Assembly (NCBI GenBank): GCA_002279705.1 | Contig: NCCO01000026.1 | Location: 1 to 63,448, forward strand | From: Bosea sp. 12-68-7 | GTDB lineage: Bacteria > Pseudomonadota > Alphaproteobacteria > Rhizobiales > Beijerinckiaceae | DNA length: 63,448 nucleotides | Direction: 5' to 3' | Part shown: positions 48,294 through 58,547 of the stretch, in pieces | Position numbering within the stretch: the first letter of the stretch is position 1 | Layout: each line of letters starts with the position of its first letter | Program-made: the position numbers and the translations under genes | The notes under the pieces: generated by a model | The model's input: only the letters and a program-made list of their open reading frames with translations | Told to the model about the DNA's origin: nothing | Database searches by the model: none

Positions 48294-49418
48294 TTAGACC
48301 ACACCGAGCGCCATGTCGTCCCGGTGGATCATCTCGGCCCGTCCCGGATAGCCCAGGATGGCCCCGATGTCGCGCGAGGCCTTGCCGAGGACGAGCGCCG
48401 CTTCGCCGGCATCATAGGCCACGAGGCCGCGCCCGAGCAGCCGGCCGTCGGGGTCGCGGATCAGCACGGCGTCGCCGCGGGCGAAGTCGCCTTCGATCCG
48501 GCTGACGCCGACGGGCAGGAGGCTCGCGCCGCCGGCCAGCGCGCGCGCCGCGCCGGCATCGACATGCAGCGTGCCGCGGGGCTCCAGCGAGCCGGCGATC
48601 CAGGTCTTGCGCGCGGTGGCGGGGGTGGAGGCAGTGAGGAACCAGGTGCAGCGCGCCCCGGCGGCGATGGCGGCGAGCGGGTTCTTCGCCCGCCCGTCGG
48701 CGATGAGCATGTGTGTGCCGCCGCTGGCGGCGATCTTGCCGGCCTCGATCTTGGTGCGCATGCCGCCGCGCGAGAGCTCGGAGGCGGCGCCTCCCGCCAT
48801 CGCATCGATCTCCGGGGTGATGCGCTCGACCAGCGGGATGTGACGCGCCGCCGGGTCCCGTGCGGGCGGGGCGGTGTAGAGCCCGTCGATGTCGGAGAAC
48901 AGCACGAGCAGATCGGCGCCGGCCATGGTGGCGACGCGGGCGGCGAGGCGGTCGTTGTCGCCATAGCGGATCTCGGTCGTGGCGACGGTGTCGTTCTCGT
49001 TGATCACCGGCACGGCGCGCAGGTCGAGCAGGCGGCCGAGCGTGGCCCGGGCGTTGAGATAGCGCCGGCGCTCCTCGGTATCGGCCAGGGTCAGCAGGAT
49101 CTGGCCGGCCGTGAGGCCATGGTGGCCCAGCGCCTCGGCCCAGGTGCGGGCGAGCGCGATCTGGCCGACAGCCGCTGCGGCCTGGCTCTCCTCGAGGCGC
49201 AGCGGCCCGGAGGGCAGGGCGAGCACGGTGCGCCCCAGCGCGATCGCGCCGGAGGACACGACAAGCACGTCCGCACCGCGCTGGTGCAGATCGGAGAGGT
49301 CCTCCGCCAGCGCCGCCAGCCAGGCCTGGCGCAGGCGGCCGCGCTCGCGATCGACGAGCAGGCTCGAGCCGACCTTGACCACGATGCGGCGGAACTGATG
49401 GAGCGACGGCGTCTGCAC
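48294..49418 (-). CDS. proB: Glutamate 5-kinase with PUA domain
   Basis: IVVKVGSS; VSSGAIALG; INENDTV; GDNDRLAA; GGMRTK. Confidence 0.96.
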   Translation of the reverse strand: MQTPSLHQFRRIVVKVGSSLLVDRERGRLRQAWLAALAEDLSDLHQRGADVLVVSSGAIALGRTVLALPSGPLRLEESQAAAAVGQIALARTWAEALGHHGLTAGQILLTLADTEERRRYLNARATLGRLLDLRAVPVINENDTVATTEIRYGDNDRLAARVATMAGADLLVLFSDIDGLYTAPPARDPAARHIPLVERITPEIDAMAGGAASELSRGGMRTKIEAGKIAASGGTHMLIADGRAKNPLAAIAAGARCTWFLTASTPATARKTWIAGSLEPRGTLHVDAGAARALAGGASLLPVGVSRIEGDFARGDAVLIRDPDGRLLGRGLVAYDAGEAALVLGKASRDIGAILGYPGRAEMIHRDDMALGVV

Positions 49419-49539
49419 GGACAGGGGAACCCGCGGGGTTGGCGATTGCGCTGCCTGCCTCTTGGCGAAAAGCGCGTCATTGTAAAGCGCGGGGCCCGGA
49501 GGGCAGGGGCGTGGCCTGCGCATTCGCGCGGCAGTTGCA

Positions 49540-49568
49540 TTGACATTGCCTGTTCGAGCGCCCATATG
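49540..49568 (+). promoter_or_regulatory. Sigma70 promoter upstream of the cold-shock gene, implying a long 5' UTR
   Basis: TTGACA-N17-CATATG about 140 nt upstream of the ATG at 49706. Confidence 0.65.
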
Positions 49569-49705
49569 GGGCCTGTCGATATTTAGGCCGAACGACTTGG
49601 CCCCGCGCATCCTTTGCGCACGCTGACGACCTTCCCGCTAAAACTTCGAAAAACGGCGCGCGAAATCCGTCTCGCGCCATCAATAATACCGTGAAAGGGT
49701 TCGTC

Positions 49706-49915
49706 ATGAGCGCCGGTACAGTCAAGTGGTTCAATTCGACCAAGGGTTTCGGTTTCATCCAGCCGGATGACGGCGGGCAGGACGTGTTCGTCCACATCAG
49801 CGCCGTCGAGCGCGCTGGCATGCGTGATCTCCAGGAAGGTCAGAAGATCTCCTATGAGCTCACCCAGGACAAGCGTTCGGGCAAGATGTCGGCGGATCAG
49901 CTCCGCGCCGAGTGA
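49706..49915 (+). CDS. cspA: Cold-shock protein
   Basis: [31 protein letters not shown]. Confidence 0.96.
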   Translation: MSAGTVKWFNSTKGFGFIQPDDGGQDVFVHISAVERAGMRDLQEGQKISYELTQDKRSGKMSADQLRAE

Positions 49916-50011
49916 GACGATCGCCGCAGCGGCCGGCCAGGACAGCAGGAGGGCGACCACGGATGTACTGGCGCCCCCGTTTCCCGGTCTGAGCCGTAGC
50001 GGCGTGACGAA

Positions 50012-50041
50012 GGGTCGGTCCTCGTGCCCGGCCCTTTTTTC
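50012..50041 (+). terminator. Terminator-like hairpin between cspA and rpsU
   Basis: GGGTCGG...CCGGCCC followed by TTTTTT. Confidence 0.6.
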
Positions 50042-50066
50042 CATTCTCGAACCGCAGGAGTGACAG

Positions 50067-50330
50067 ATGCAGGTTCTCGTTCGCGACAACAATGTCGATC
50101 AGGCTCTCCGGGTCCTGAAGAAGAAGATGCAGCGCGAAGGCGTCTTTCGCGAGATGAAGCGCCGTTCGGCCTATGAGAAGCCGTCCGAGAAGCGCGTCCG
50201 CGAGAAGGCTGATGCGATCCGGCGCGCCCGCAAGGTCGCCCGCAAGCAGATGCAGCGCGAAGGCCTGATCGCCGCGCCGAAGCCCAAGCCGCGCCCGGTG
50301 CGCGCTGGAAGCGCACCCGCGCCGCGCTGA
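50067..50330 (+). CDS. rpsU: 30S ribosomal protein S21
   Basis: [31 protein letters not shown]. Confidence 0.97.
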   Translation: MQVLVRDNNVDQALRVLKKKMQREGVFREMKRRSAYEKPSEKRVREKADAIRRARKVARKQMQREGLIAAPKPKPRPVRAGSAPAPR

Positions 50331-50414
50331 TTTTGATACCATTCGGGCGCATTTTGGATTATTGCGCCCACGCGGGCTGGAATGCGCCCGTCACAACCCG
50401 AGAGAAGGCCAGCC

Positions 50415-50795
50415 TTGAAGAACCCGAACGACCGCAGCTTCACTGATCGTCAGGCCAATTCCGCGGCCGCCAAGAAAGCGCTCCTGGAGCGGTTCAAGGC
50501 GAGGCCGGGTCCGGATGACCCGATCATGCAGCAGCGACGCGCGGAACGCGAAGCCGTCGCCGCCGCCCGCGCCGAGCGCGAGGCCGAGAAGGCCGCCATC
50601 CGTGCCGAGCAGGAGCGCCTCGCCGAGATCGAGCGCCTGCGCCTCGAAGAGGAAGAGCGCATCGCCGAGATCGCCCGCGAGGCCGCCCGCAAGGCGGAGC
50701 AGGCGAAGCGCGACGCGGAGCGCCCGCGCAAGGTGCTGCTCGAGGCCGTGCAGTACGCGCAGATGCGCGCTGCCGGCAAGGGCGGTCGCCGCTGA
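50415..50795 (+). CDS. DUF6481-like charged helical protein
   Basis: SFTDRQANSAAAKKALLERFKARPGPDDP followed by an E/R/A-rich helix; TTG start after GAAGG. Confidence 0.75.
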   Translation: MKNPNDRSFTDRQANSAAAKKALLERFKARPGPDDPIMQQRRAEREAVAAARAEREAEKAAIRAEQERLAEIERLRLEEEERIAEIAREAARKAEQAKRDAERPRKVLLEAVQYAQMRAAGKGGRR

Positions 50796-50998
50796 CAGCC
50801 CCCGCACCGGGCACCGCCCGGTGATGCTGAAGGGTCTCTCGCGGCCGAGTCGCGGCTGAAGGCTCCGCAGTCCAGGTCCGGCGGGATTCCCGAGCGAATC
50901 CCGCAGCCATGACATGCCGCCCAATGGGGCGGGTCGATCCGTGCCGCCCGGCCGGATCGTGAACCCGCCTCCCGCCGCCGACACGGGAGTGAGCCGCC

Positions 50999-51316
50999 AT
51001 GGCGACGCGAGGCCTTTCATCCGACGAGATCAAGCTGCGTGCGCAGCGCGCCTTCGAGAAGGCCGATGCCCGCAAGCAGGAGGCATCACGCGCCATGGAG
51101 GCCGAGCAGGTCGAGCGCGAGGCGGTGCTGCAGAAGACGGTCCGCCTGCGGGCGCTGCGTCTCGCCAAGGAGGCCGCCGATGCCGAGACGGCGGCCATCG
51201 TCGCCGCCGAGCAGGCGCGCATCAAGACCGAGGCCGCCGATGCCAAGGCCGCCGCCAAGGCCCTGAAGGCCGCCGAGACCGCCAAGCGCGCGACCAAGAG
51301 CCGGGCCAAGGCCTGA
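50999..51316 (+). CDS. Small basic helical hypothetical protein
   Basis: GGGAG RBS; KTVRLRALRLAKEAAD motif; A/K-rich tail. Confidence 0.75.
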   Translation: MATRGLSSDEIKLRAQRAFEKADARKQEASRAMEAEQVEREAVLQKTVRLRALRLAKEAADAETAAIVAAEQARIKTEAADAKAAAKALKAAETAKRATKSRAKA

Positions 51317-51601
51317 TCACCGCCTTCGGCCGCCCCTTCGGCGGCTCGTGCCGGCCGGGAGCCGGTGCGCCCCTTGGGACGTCGTCTCGCCGTGTCCGGA
51401 GCAGCCCGTGGCGGCAGCAGAGTGCGGCCTGCATCGCGCCGCATGCATGGGCCGAACCTCGCGATGATGGCTTCCAGTTGACCCGCGCCCTCATTACCGT
51501 ATGAAAAATTGTCGCAGGCAGATTTATCTCGCCGCCGATTGAACCTTCTCCACGCTCGCTGCGACCAACCCTCGCGAGCCGGATGTCAGGCCTCGAGGTC
51601 A

Positions 51602-52162
51602 ATGCATACGGAATCCGACGAAGACCTCGTCAAGCGGATCGCCGGTGGCGACCGACTCGCGATGAAGGTGCTGTTCTCGCGGCACCAGACACGGGTTTAT
51701 CGTTTCGCCCAGCGCCTGCTGCGCGACGAGACGATGGCGGAGGATGTGACCGGTGACGTCTTCATGGACCTCTGGCGTCAGGCGGACCGGTTCGAGGCAC
51801 GTTCCTCGGTCACGACCTGGCTGCTCACCATCGCCCGCAACAAATCCTACTCGGCCCTGCGCAAGCGGCGCGATGCCGGGCTGGACGATGATTTCGCCGC
51901 CAGCATCGAGGACGAGTCCGACGATCCCGAGGTCGTGGTGCAGAAGCAGGACAAGAGCCTGGCGATCCGCGCCTGTCTCGCCAAGCTGTCCCGCGACCAT
52001 GCCGAAGTCATCGATCTCGTCTATTACCACGAGAGCTCGGTCGAGGAGGTCGCCAGGATCGTCGGAATCCCCGAGAATACGGTCAAGACACGCCTCTTCC
52101 ACGCCCGCAAGAAGCTGGGCGAGCTGCTCAAGGCCGCCGGCGTCGACCGGGGCTGGCCCTGA
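51602..52162 (+). CDS. ECF sigma-70 factor
   Basis: SDEDLVKRIAGGD; AEDVTGDVF; TWLLTIARNK; region 4 EEVARIVGIPENTVKTRLFHAR. Confidence 0.95.
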   Translation: MHTESDEDLVKRIAGGDRLAMKVLFSRHQTRVYRFAQRLLRDETMAEDVTGDVFMDLWRQADRFEARSSVTTWLLTIARNKSYSALRKRRDAGLDDDFAASIEDESDDPEVVVQKQDKSLAIRACLAKLSRDHAEVIDLVYYHESSVEEVARIVGIPENTVKTRLFHARKKLGELLKAAGVDRGWP

Positions 52163-52261
52163 GAGGGGGCCGCGGAAGCGGCTTTCGCGGACCGAATTGC
52201 CGATGCCTTCCACCCTTCATCCGCTCCGGCTGCGTCCCTCGAGCGATCCTGGAGTCCAGTC

Positions 52262-52939
52262 ATGACCGACGCCATCGCGACCGATCCCAAGCGCGCCGAA
52301 CTCGAGCTGCTGCTGCCGTTCTACGCCACTGGCCGGATCTCGGCGGCCGACAAGGCGCGGGTCGAGGCGGCCCTGGCCACGGATGCCGAACTGGCGCTGC
52401 GGCTCGACATCATCCGCGACGACAGGGCCGAGACGACGCTGCTGAACGAGAGCCTCGGCGCTCCCTCGCCGCGTGTTCTCGACCGCCTCATGGCGGGCGT
52501 GGAGGCCGAGCCGCGCCGGCAGGGCCTGCTCGCCAGCGCCAAGGGCGGGTTCATGGCATGGCTCGGCCAGCTTCTGGCGACCCAGCCGCCGCGCCGACTG
52601 GCCTATGCCGGCGCCGCGGCCTGTGCGCTGATCGCCCTGCAGGGCGTTGCGCTGACGGGAATCCTGCTGCGCGAGCAAACCGGTTTCGAGACCGCCTCCA
52701 CCGGCCCGCAATCCTCCGAGCGCTATGTCCTGCTCAGCTTCGCGACGGATGCGCGCGCCGGCGACATCGCCTCCTTCTTCAAGCGCTACGAGGCGTCGGT
52801 GGTGGATGGGCCGCGCGCCAACGGCTACTTCAAGGTGCGTGTCGGCGACGCGTCGCTGACGCAGGCCCAGGTCGATGCCATCGCTGCCCGGATGAAGGCC
52901 GAGGCGGCGATCGTGCGCTTCGTCGCGCCGGCGCCCTGA
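52262..52939 (+). CDS. Putative anti-sigma factor (single TM)
   Basis: LLLPFYATGRISAADKARVE ASD-like start; TM AYAGAAACALIALQG; directly follows the ECF gene. Confidence 0.75.
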   Translation: MTDAIATDPKRAELELLLPFYATGRISAADKARVEAALATDAELALRLDIIRDDRAETTLLNESLGAPSPRVLDRLMAGVEAEPRRQGLLASAKGGFMAWLGQLLATQPPRRLAYAGAAACALIALQGVALTGILLREQTGFETASTGPQSSERYVLLSFATDARAGDIASFFKRYEASVVDGPRANGYFKVRVGDASLTQAQVDAIAARMKAEAAIVRFVAPAP

Positions 52940-53014
52940 GGCGGCGGGGCGGTGACGGGCGGGCCTGCTTCTGATATGCCGTCGCTGCATCGGAGCGCAT
53001 CGGGAGAGCGCATC

Positions 53015-54469
53015 ATGACGTTGCCCCGTTCCCTGCTGACACGCGCCGTCTCGGCCCTTCGGCTCGCCGCAGGCGGCGGGTTCGCGCTGATGCTCGCGCT
53101 GGCTGCCGGGCCGGCCGGTGCCCAGCAGCCGGTGCCGGGCGCGACCCCGCCCGCAGGGGGCGCGGCCAGCCCGCCGACGCGGGCGATCACGGTGCCGCCT
53201 CCGGCCTGGCGGGTGCCCAATGTCTTCGGGGGGCCGGCGGTGTCGCGCACGGTCGTCCCGGCCGCGGACGAAACCCGCTTCGTGCCGGGCGAGATCCTGT
53301 TCGAGCTCGCGCCCAATGTGCAGGTGGAGACCGTGCTGCGCCGCTATGGCGCCACGCTGATCACCAGCCGGCGTGTCGAACTCGCCGGCACCACGATCAT
53401 CCGCGCGCGTCTGGCCGAGGGGCGTGACCTGCGGGACGTGCTGACGCAGATGGCGAGCGACAACGCCATTGCCGGCGCACAGCCGAATTTCACCTTCGAG
53501 CTGCAGCAGGACCTGGCCCAGCCCGTCAGCACGACGGCCTCGGGCGGGCGCTCGGACATCCCGACGCTGCGCCTCTCGGACCCCGCCGCCGTCCGGCCGA
53601 CGCCCGCGCCGCGCCGCGAGCTGCCGCCGCAATACGTCGCCGACAAGCTCCGGCTCGGGGAGGTTCACAAGTTCGCCCGCGGTGCGACGATCCGGGTTGC
53701 CGTGATCGATTCGGGCGTCGATGTCGCCCATCCCGAGCTGCGCGGCGGCATCGCCGGGCTGTTCGACGCGCTGGGCGAAGACTATGTGCCACACGCCCAT
53801 GGCACCGCCATGGCGGCGGCGATCGTGGCGCAGGGGCAGTTGCAGGGCGTCGCGCCCGGCGCGCGGCTGCTGGTCGGCCGGGCCTTTTCAGGTCGTGCCG
53901 GTTCCGGCTCCGCCAATGGCACAAGCCTGCAGATCATGTCCGCGATCGAGTGGGCCGCGAACCAGGGCGCGCGCGTGATCAATCTCAGCTTCGCCGGTCC
54001 GGAAGATCGCCTCCTCGCGCGCGGGCTCGCCGGCGTGGCGGCGAAGGGCGTGGTCGCCGTCGCCGCGGCAGGCAATGCCGGGCCCAACGGCGCGCCGCTC
54101 TATCCCGGTGCCGATCCCAACGTCATCGCGGTCACGGCGACCGACGCCGACGACCGGGTCTTCCGCCAGGCCAATCGCGGTGCCTACATCGCCGTGGCGG
54201 CGCCGGGCGTCGACGTGATCGCGGCGGAGCCGCACGGGCGCTACGCCTTCTCGTCGGGAACCTCGATCGCGGCCGCGCATGTCTCGGGCCTCGTCGCATT
54301 GATGCTGGAGAAGCGGCCGGATCTCGACCCCGCAGGGGTCCGTCGCCTGCTGAGCGAGAGCGCGGTCGATCTCGGCGCGAAGGGGCGCGATCCCGTCTAT
54401 GGCGCCGGTCGCGTCGATGCGGCGGCCGCACTGTCGCGCGTCGCGCCGCTCACCGCGTCACGCCCCTGA
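53015..54469 (+). CDS. Secreted subtilisin-like S8 serine peptidase
   Basis: Signal peptide, prodomain; triad VAVIDSG / HGTAMA / GTSIAAAH; AAAGN. Confidence 0.93.
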   Translation: MTLPRSLLTRAVSALRLAAGGGFALMLALAAGPAGAQQPVPGATPPAGGAASPPTRAITVPPPAWRVPNVFGGPAVSRTVVPAADETRFVPGEILFELAPNVQVETVLRRYGATLITSRRVELAGTTIIRARLAEGRDLRDVLTQMASDNAIAGAQPNFTFELQQDLAQPVSTTASGGRSDIPTLRLSDPAAVRPTPAPRRELPPQYVADKLRLGEVHKFARGATIRVAVIDSGVDVAHPELRGGIAGLFDALGEDYVPHAHGTAMAAAIVAQGQLQGVAPGARLLVGRAFSGRAGSGSANGTSLQIMSAIEWAANQGARVINLSFAGPEDRLLARGLAGVAAKGVVAVAAAGNAGPNGAPLYPGADPNVIAVTATDADDRVFRQANRGAYIAVAAPGVDVIAAEPHGRYAFSSGTSIAAAHVSGLVALMLEKRPDLDPAGVRRLLSESAVDLGAKGRDPVYGAGRVDAAAALSRVAPLTASRP

Positions 54470-54919
54470 GACCGCGGCGAGGCGCGGCGCCGGCTCGTAT
54501 TGCTGTTCCAGCCGGTTGGCATGGCGATGGAGCAGGCGCCAGCCGCCCTCCTCGAAGCGGAAGACATGGGTCACGCGGTTGGTCCAGCGTGTCGGTCCCT
54601 CCGTCCCCGGCAGCAGCACCTCGAACACCTCGATGTCGGTGACGAGCGCGAGCTCCGTTCCCACGATGGTGGTGACGTTCTCATGGCTGACCGTGCCGCC
54701 GCGGAATTGCCGGGCCGCCCAGTCCCAGCGTTGCGAGATCGCCGCCCAGCCCTTCTCGTACCCGCCCCAGCCATACATGCTGGTGGCATCGTCGGCATGG
54801 GAATAGAGCGCCTTGATCGGGCCGATATCGCCGTTGGCGACATGGCCCAGAGCCGAGCGCAGACTGGCCAATGCGTCGGGAAAGGTCTTCGCAGCCGGTT
54901 TTTGCAAGCTCTCGTGCAT
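54458..54919 (-). CDS. NTF2/SnoaL-like protein
   Basis: GWGGYEKGW; RVTHVFRFEEGGWRLLHRHA. Confidence 0.85.
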   Translation of the reverse strand: MHESLQKPAAKTFPDALASLRSALGHVANGDIGPIKALYSHADDATSMYGWGGYEKGWAAISQRWDWAARQFRGGTVSHENVTTIVGTELALVTDIEVFEVLLPGTEGPTRWTNRVTHVFRFEEGGWRLLHRHANRLEQQYEPAPRLAAVSGA

Positions 54920-55041
54920 CGTCGTCTCCCGTCGCAGCGCAGCCTAGCATGGCCGCGGGCTCCCGGTTCAAGCGCCGGGACCACGTTTGCGCTGCAAGGC
55001 ACCGCTTGACCTTCGGCCCGGCATCGGACTGATGTCCGGCC

Positions 55042-56196
55042 ATGGCCCGACCCAGACTTCTCTTCGTCGCGACCGAAGACTGGTTCTTCGCGTCGCATTT
55101 CCTGCCGATGGCGCGGGCGGCGCGCGAACTGGACTTCGACGTCGCCGTGATCGCGCGCGAACGCAACCACCGGCGCGTCATCGAGGCGGCGGGCGTCCGG
55201 CTGATCGCGCTGGAGGCCGAGCGTCGCAGCCTCGACCCGCGGGCGCTGTTTCGCCAGGTCAAGGCGCTGCGGGCGCTGATCGAGCGGGAACGGCCCGACA
55301 TCCTGCATTGCATCGCGCTCAAGCCGATCGCGCTCGCCGGCCTCGCCGGCCGTCTGGCCGGGGTGCCGCGGCGGGTCTACGCGCTGACGGGGCTGGGCTT
55401 CCTCGGCGCCAAGGAGGGTCTGGCGGCGGCCGCGGCGCGGATGGCGGCGATCGCCTGGCTGCGCGGTGCGATCGACGGCCCGCAGGTGCGCTTCCTGTTC
55501 GAGAACCCGGACGATCCCGTCACGCTCGGGCTCGATCCCGCGGACGCGGCCAAGGTCGCGATCGTCGGCGGCGCCGGGGTCGATCCGCTGATCCTGATGC
55601 CGGAGCCGATGCCGCCGGCGCCGCCGCTGAAGGTCGCGCTGGTGGCGCGGCTGCTGTGGTCGAAGGGGGTCGATCTGGCGGTCGAGGCGATCAGGTTGGC
55701 GCGGGCGCAGGGGGCACGGGTCGAGCTGACGCTGCACGGCGCGCCCGATCCCTCGAATCCCAGGGCCATTCCCGAGGAGACGCTGAGGCAATGGGCGGCG
55801 CGGCCGGGGATCGATTGGGCCGGCCCGACCCGCGACATCGAGGGCGTCTGGCGGCAGCACCATCTCTGCATCCTGCCGTCGCGTGGCGGCGAAGGCCTGC
55901 CGCGCACGATTCTGGAGGCGGCGGCCTGCGGCAGGCCGATCCTGACCACGGATGTGCCGGGTTGCCGCAGCTTCGTGCGTGACGGGCAGGACGGCATGGT
56001 GGTGCCCGCCAACGACGCCGCCGCCCTGGCACAGGCGCTGATCGTTCTGTCGCGTGCACCGGCGCTGGCCGAGCGCATGGGCGCGAGCGCGCGGGCCCGG
56101 CTGATCGACGGACACACCGAGCGCGACGTCATGAACGCCGTCAAGGCGCTGTATCGCAACCTGCTCGCCCGCCCGACGATGGACATCGTGGCGTGA
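55042..56196 (+). CDS. Glycosyltransferase family 4
   Basis: TEDWFFASH; ARLLWSKG; EGLPRTILEA; TDVPGC. Confidence 0.93.
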   Translation: MARPRLLFVATEDWFFASHFLPMARAARELDFDVAVIARERNHRRVIEAAGVRLIALEAERRSLDPRALFRQVKALRALIERERPDILHCIALKPIALAGLAGRLAGVPRRVYALTGLGFLGAKEGLAAAAARMAAIAWLRGAIDGPQVRFLFENPDDPVTLGLDPADAAKVAIVGGAGVDPLILMPEPMPPAPPLKVALVARLLWSKGVDLAVEAIRLARAQGARVELTLHGAPDPSNPRAIPEETLRQWAARPGIDWAGPTRDIEGVWRQHHLCILPSRGGEGLPRTILEAAACGRPILTTDVPGCRSFVRDGQDGMVVPANDAAALAQALIVLSRAPALAERMGASARARLIDGHTERDVMNAVKALYRNLLARPTMDIVA

Positions 56197-56849
56197 GCGG
56201 GCCGGCGCTCGACCGGCGCGGCTTCATCCTCCAGCACACCCGTCTGTTGCCCGTGCCGCATGCGCCCGAGATCTCGCTCCATGTCGCCGACGAAGCGACC
56301 GAGCTCTGGCAGAAGACGGAGGACGAGCTGGCGACGATCGGGCTGCCGCCGCCGTTCTGGGCTTTCGCCTGGGCGGGCGGCCAGGCGCTGGCGCGCCACC
56401 TGCTCGACGACCCCGCGATCGTGCGCGGGCGGCGGGTGCTCGACTTCGCCAGCGGTTCGGGGCTGGTGGCCATCGCGGCCGCCCGCTCCGGGGCGGCGAG
56501 CGTCAAGGCCTGCGACATCGACGCCTTCGCGGCGGAGGCGATCGCGCTGAATGCGGCGGCGAACGATGTCGCGGTCACCGTCTGCCTCGAGGACCTGGTG
56601 GGCCACGACGAGGGCTGGGACGTCGTCTGTGCCGGCGACGTCTGCTACGAGCGGGCGATGGCCGAGAGCGTCGTCGCCTGGCTGGCGCGGCTGTCGGCGC
56701 GCGGAGTGGTGGTCCTGATCGGCGATCCCGGCCGCAGCTATCTGCCGAAGGACCGGCTTCGGGCGCTGGCGAGTTACGCCGTGCCGGTCTCGCGCTCGCT
56801 CGAGGATGCCGACATCAAGCACTCCACCGTCTGGCGGCTGAAGCGATAG
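56193..56849 (+). CDS. Protein lysine methyltransferase (METTL20/ETFB-KMT-like)
   Basis: PPPFWAFAWAGGQALAR; VLDFASGSG; GDVCYE; GDPGR. Confidence 0.85.
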   Translation: MSGPALDRRGFILQHTRLLPVPHAPEISLHVADEATELWQKTEDELATIGLPPPFWAFAWAGGQALARHLLDDPAIVRGRRVLDFASGSGLVAIAAARSGAASVKACDIDAFAAEAIALNAAANDVAVTVCLEDLVGHDEGWDVVCAGDVCYERAMAESVVAWLARLSARGVVVLIGDPGRSYLPKDRLRALASYAVPVSRSLEDADIKHSTVWRLKR

Positions 56850-56878
56850 GCCGGCGCCGCGGCGCCGGCCGCTGCTGC

Positions 56879-58393
56879 TCAGGCGGCCCGACGGCGCGAC
56901 GGGTGCAGCGCCACGACCTGCCCGTCCTGCGAGGTCCGGAAGCTCGCGATCAGCCGGTTGAGCTGTTCGATCTGGTCGAGAAGCGTCTTGGACGAGGCGG
57001 CGCTCTGCTCGGCGAGGGCGGCGTTCTGCTGGGTGATCTCGTCCATGTGGCTGACCGTCTGGCTCATCTCCTCGATGCCGTTGGCCTGTTCGCCGGAGGC
57101 GCCGGCGATCTCCTGCACCGTCGAGGAGACGGCGGCGGCGGCCTCGACGATCTGATCCAGCGTGCCGCCGGCGAGCCGCACCAGCTTCACGCCCTCCGTC
57201 ACCTCGGCATCGGAGGAGGCGATCAGGCCGGTGATGTCCTTCGCCGCGTCGGAGGAGCGCTGGGCGAGGGCACGGACCTCCGCGGCGACGACGGCGAAGC
57301 CGCGCCCGGCATCGCCGGCGCGGGCGGCTTCCACCGCCGCATTGAGGGCCAGCAGGTTGGTCTGGAAGGCGATGCCGTCGATGACGCTGGTGATCTCGGA
57401 GATCTTCTTCGAGGCGTCCTCGATGCGCGACATCGCGTCGGTGGCGTTCTTGACGATGTCGCCGCCGGTTCGGGCGATCTTGGTGGCGTCATCGGCGAGC
57501 GCGACCGAGCGCTTGGAGGCCTGCGACGAGGTCTTCACCGAGGCGGCGAGTTGCTCGGTCGTGGCGGCGCTTTGCTCGAGGGCCGAGGCTTGCTGCTCGG
57601 TCCGCATCGACAGGTCCGAGGCGCCGGAATTGATCTCCTGCGAGGAGGCGGCGATGGCGGCCGAGTTCGTCTTGATGGTGCTCACCACCTGCTCGATCCG
57701 TGCGACGGCCTCGTTGAAGTTGTCGCGGATGGCGCCGTATTCCTCGGGGATGTTCTGGCCGATGCGGAAGGTGAGATCGCCATTGGCCAGCGCGGCCATG
57801 GCCTCGCTGACGGAGGCGACCGCCTTTTCGCGCTCGGCGGCCAGAACGCGCTCGGCAGCCTTGGCCTGTTCCTCGACCTTGAGACGGGCTGCCTCGGAGG
57901 CCTCCAGGTAGATGGAGATGGCGTAGTCCATGTCGAGCAGGGCGGCCTTGACCAGCGCGCTGATTTCCGCGGCCCGATCGGTGGCGCCGGCGACCTTGCC
58001 GCCGAAGCGCGTTTTCGGCCAGCGCGCGATCAGGACATCGGTGATGATCTTCTCGAGGATCAGGGCATAGCCGCCAATGTACCAGCGCGGTTCGAGCCCG
58101 ATCCGGGCGTGAATCTCGCCGACCTTGGTGACGGCGGCGACATAGGTCTGATCAAACTGGCCCTTGGCGATGCGGTCCCAGTGCGAGGACTGGCGCTGCT
58201 GGGCGCCCTCGATCTGCTTCTCGCTGGAGAAGAAGCGCTGCGTCTCCGGATAGCGGCGCAGTTGCTTGTAGAAGGCTTCGAGCGCGCCCGGCAGAGCGGC
58301 GACGATCTCGCCATGCATCCCTTTGATCTGGTCGCGGGCGCGGCCATCGAGATTCATGAAGGAAAGGCGGCTGGCGAGGTGATCAGACGACAT
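56879..58393 (-). CDS. Globin-coupled soluble chemoreceptor (HemAT-like MCP)
   Basis: Sensor globin ([21 protein letters not shown]); [33 protein letters not shown]; no TM. Confidence 0.93.
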   Translation of the reverse strand: MSSDHLASRLSFMNLDGRARDQIKGMHGEIVAALPGALEAFYKQLRRYPETQRFFSSEKQIEGAQQRQSSHWDRIAKGQFDQTYVAAVTKVGEIHARIGLEPRWYIGGYALILEKIITDVLIARWPKTRFGGKVAGATDRAAEISALVKAALLDMDYAISIYLEASEAARLKVEEQAKAAERVLAAEREKAVASVSEAMAALANGDLTFRIGQNIPEEYGAIRDNFNEAVARIEQVVSTIKTNSAAIAASSQEINSGASDLSMRTEQQASALEQSAATTEQLAASVKTSSQASKRSVALADDATKIARTGGDIVKNATDAMSRIEDASKKISEITSVIDGIAFQTNLLALNAAVEAARAGDAGRGFAVVAAEVRALAQRSSDAAKDITGLIASSDAEVTEGVKLVRLAGGTLDQIVEAAAAVSSTVQEIAGASGEQANGIEEMSQTVSHMDEITQQNAALAEQSAASSKTLLDQIEQLNRLIASFRTSQDGQVVALHPSRRRAA

Positions 58394-58455
58394 GGGGAGC
58401 TCCTGCGACCCGCAACACCATGAGCTGGTGCTCCACCATATGGAACGCTCCTTTA

Positions 58456-58471
58456 GTTAACGAAGGATCAA
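58456..58471 (-). promoter_or_regulatory. CtrA-like binding site upstream of the chemoreceptor gene
   Basis: Minus strand TTGA-TCCTTCG-TTAAC versus consensus TTAA-N7-TTAAC (one mismatch). Confidence 0.55.
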
Positions 58472-58547
58472 TGCTGCTGCCAACTTTTGAGCAAATCCCG
58501 CGGAACGGTCGTGTTTCTCTGCGCCCTTCGTCTAAGGACTAGGCAGA

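Noticed and set aside
47013-49586. 857-aa plus-strand ORF
   Set aside because: Antisense shadow of proA/proB
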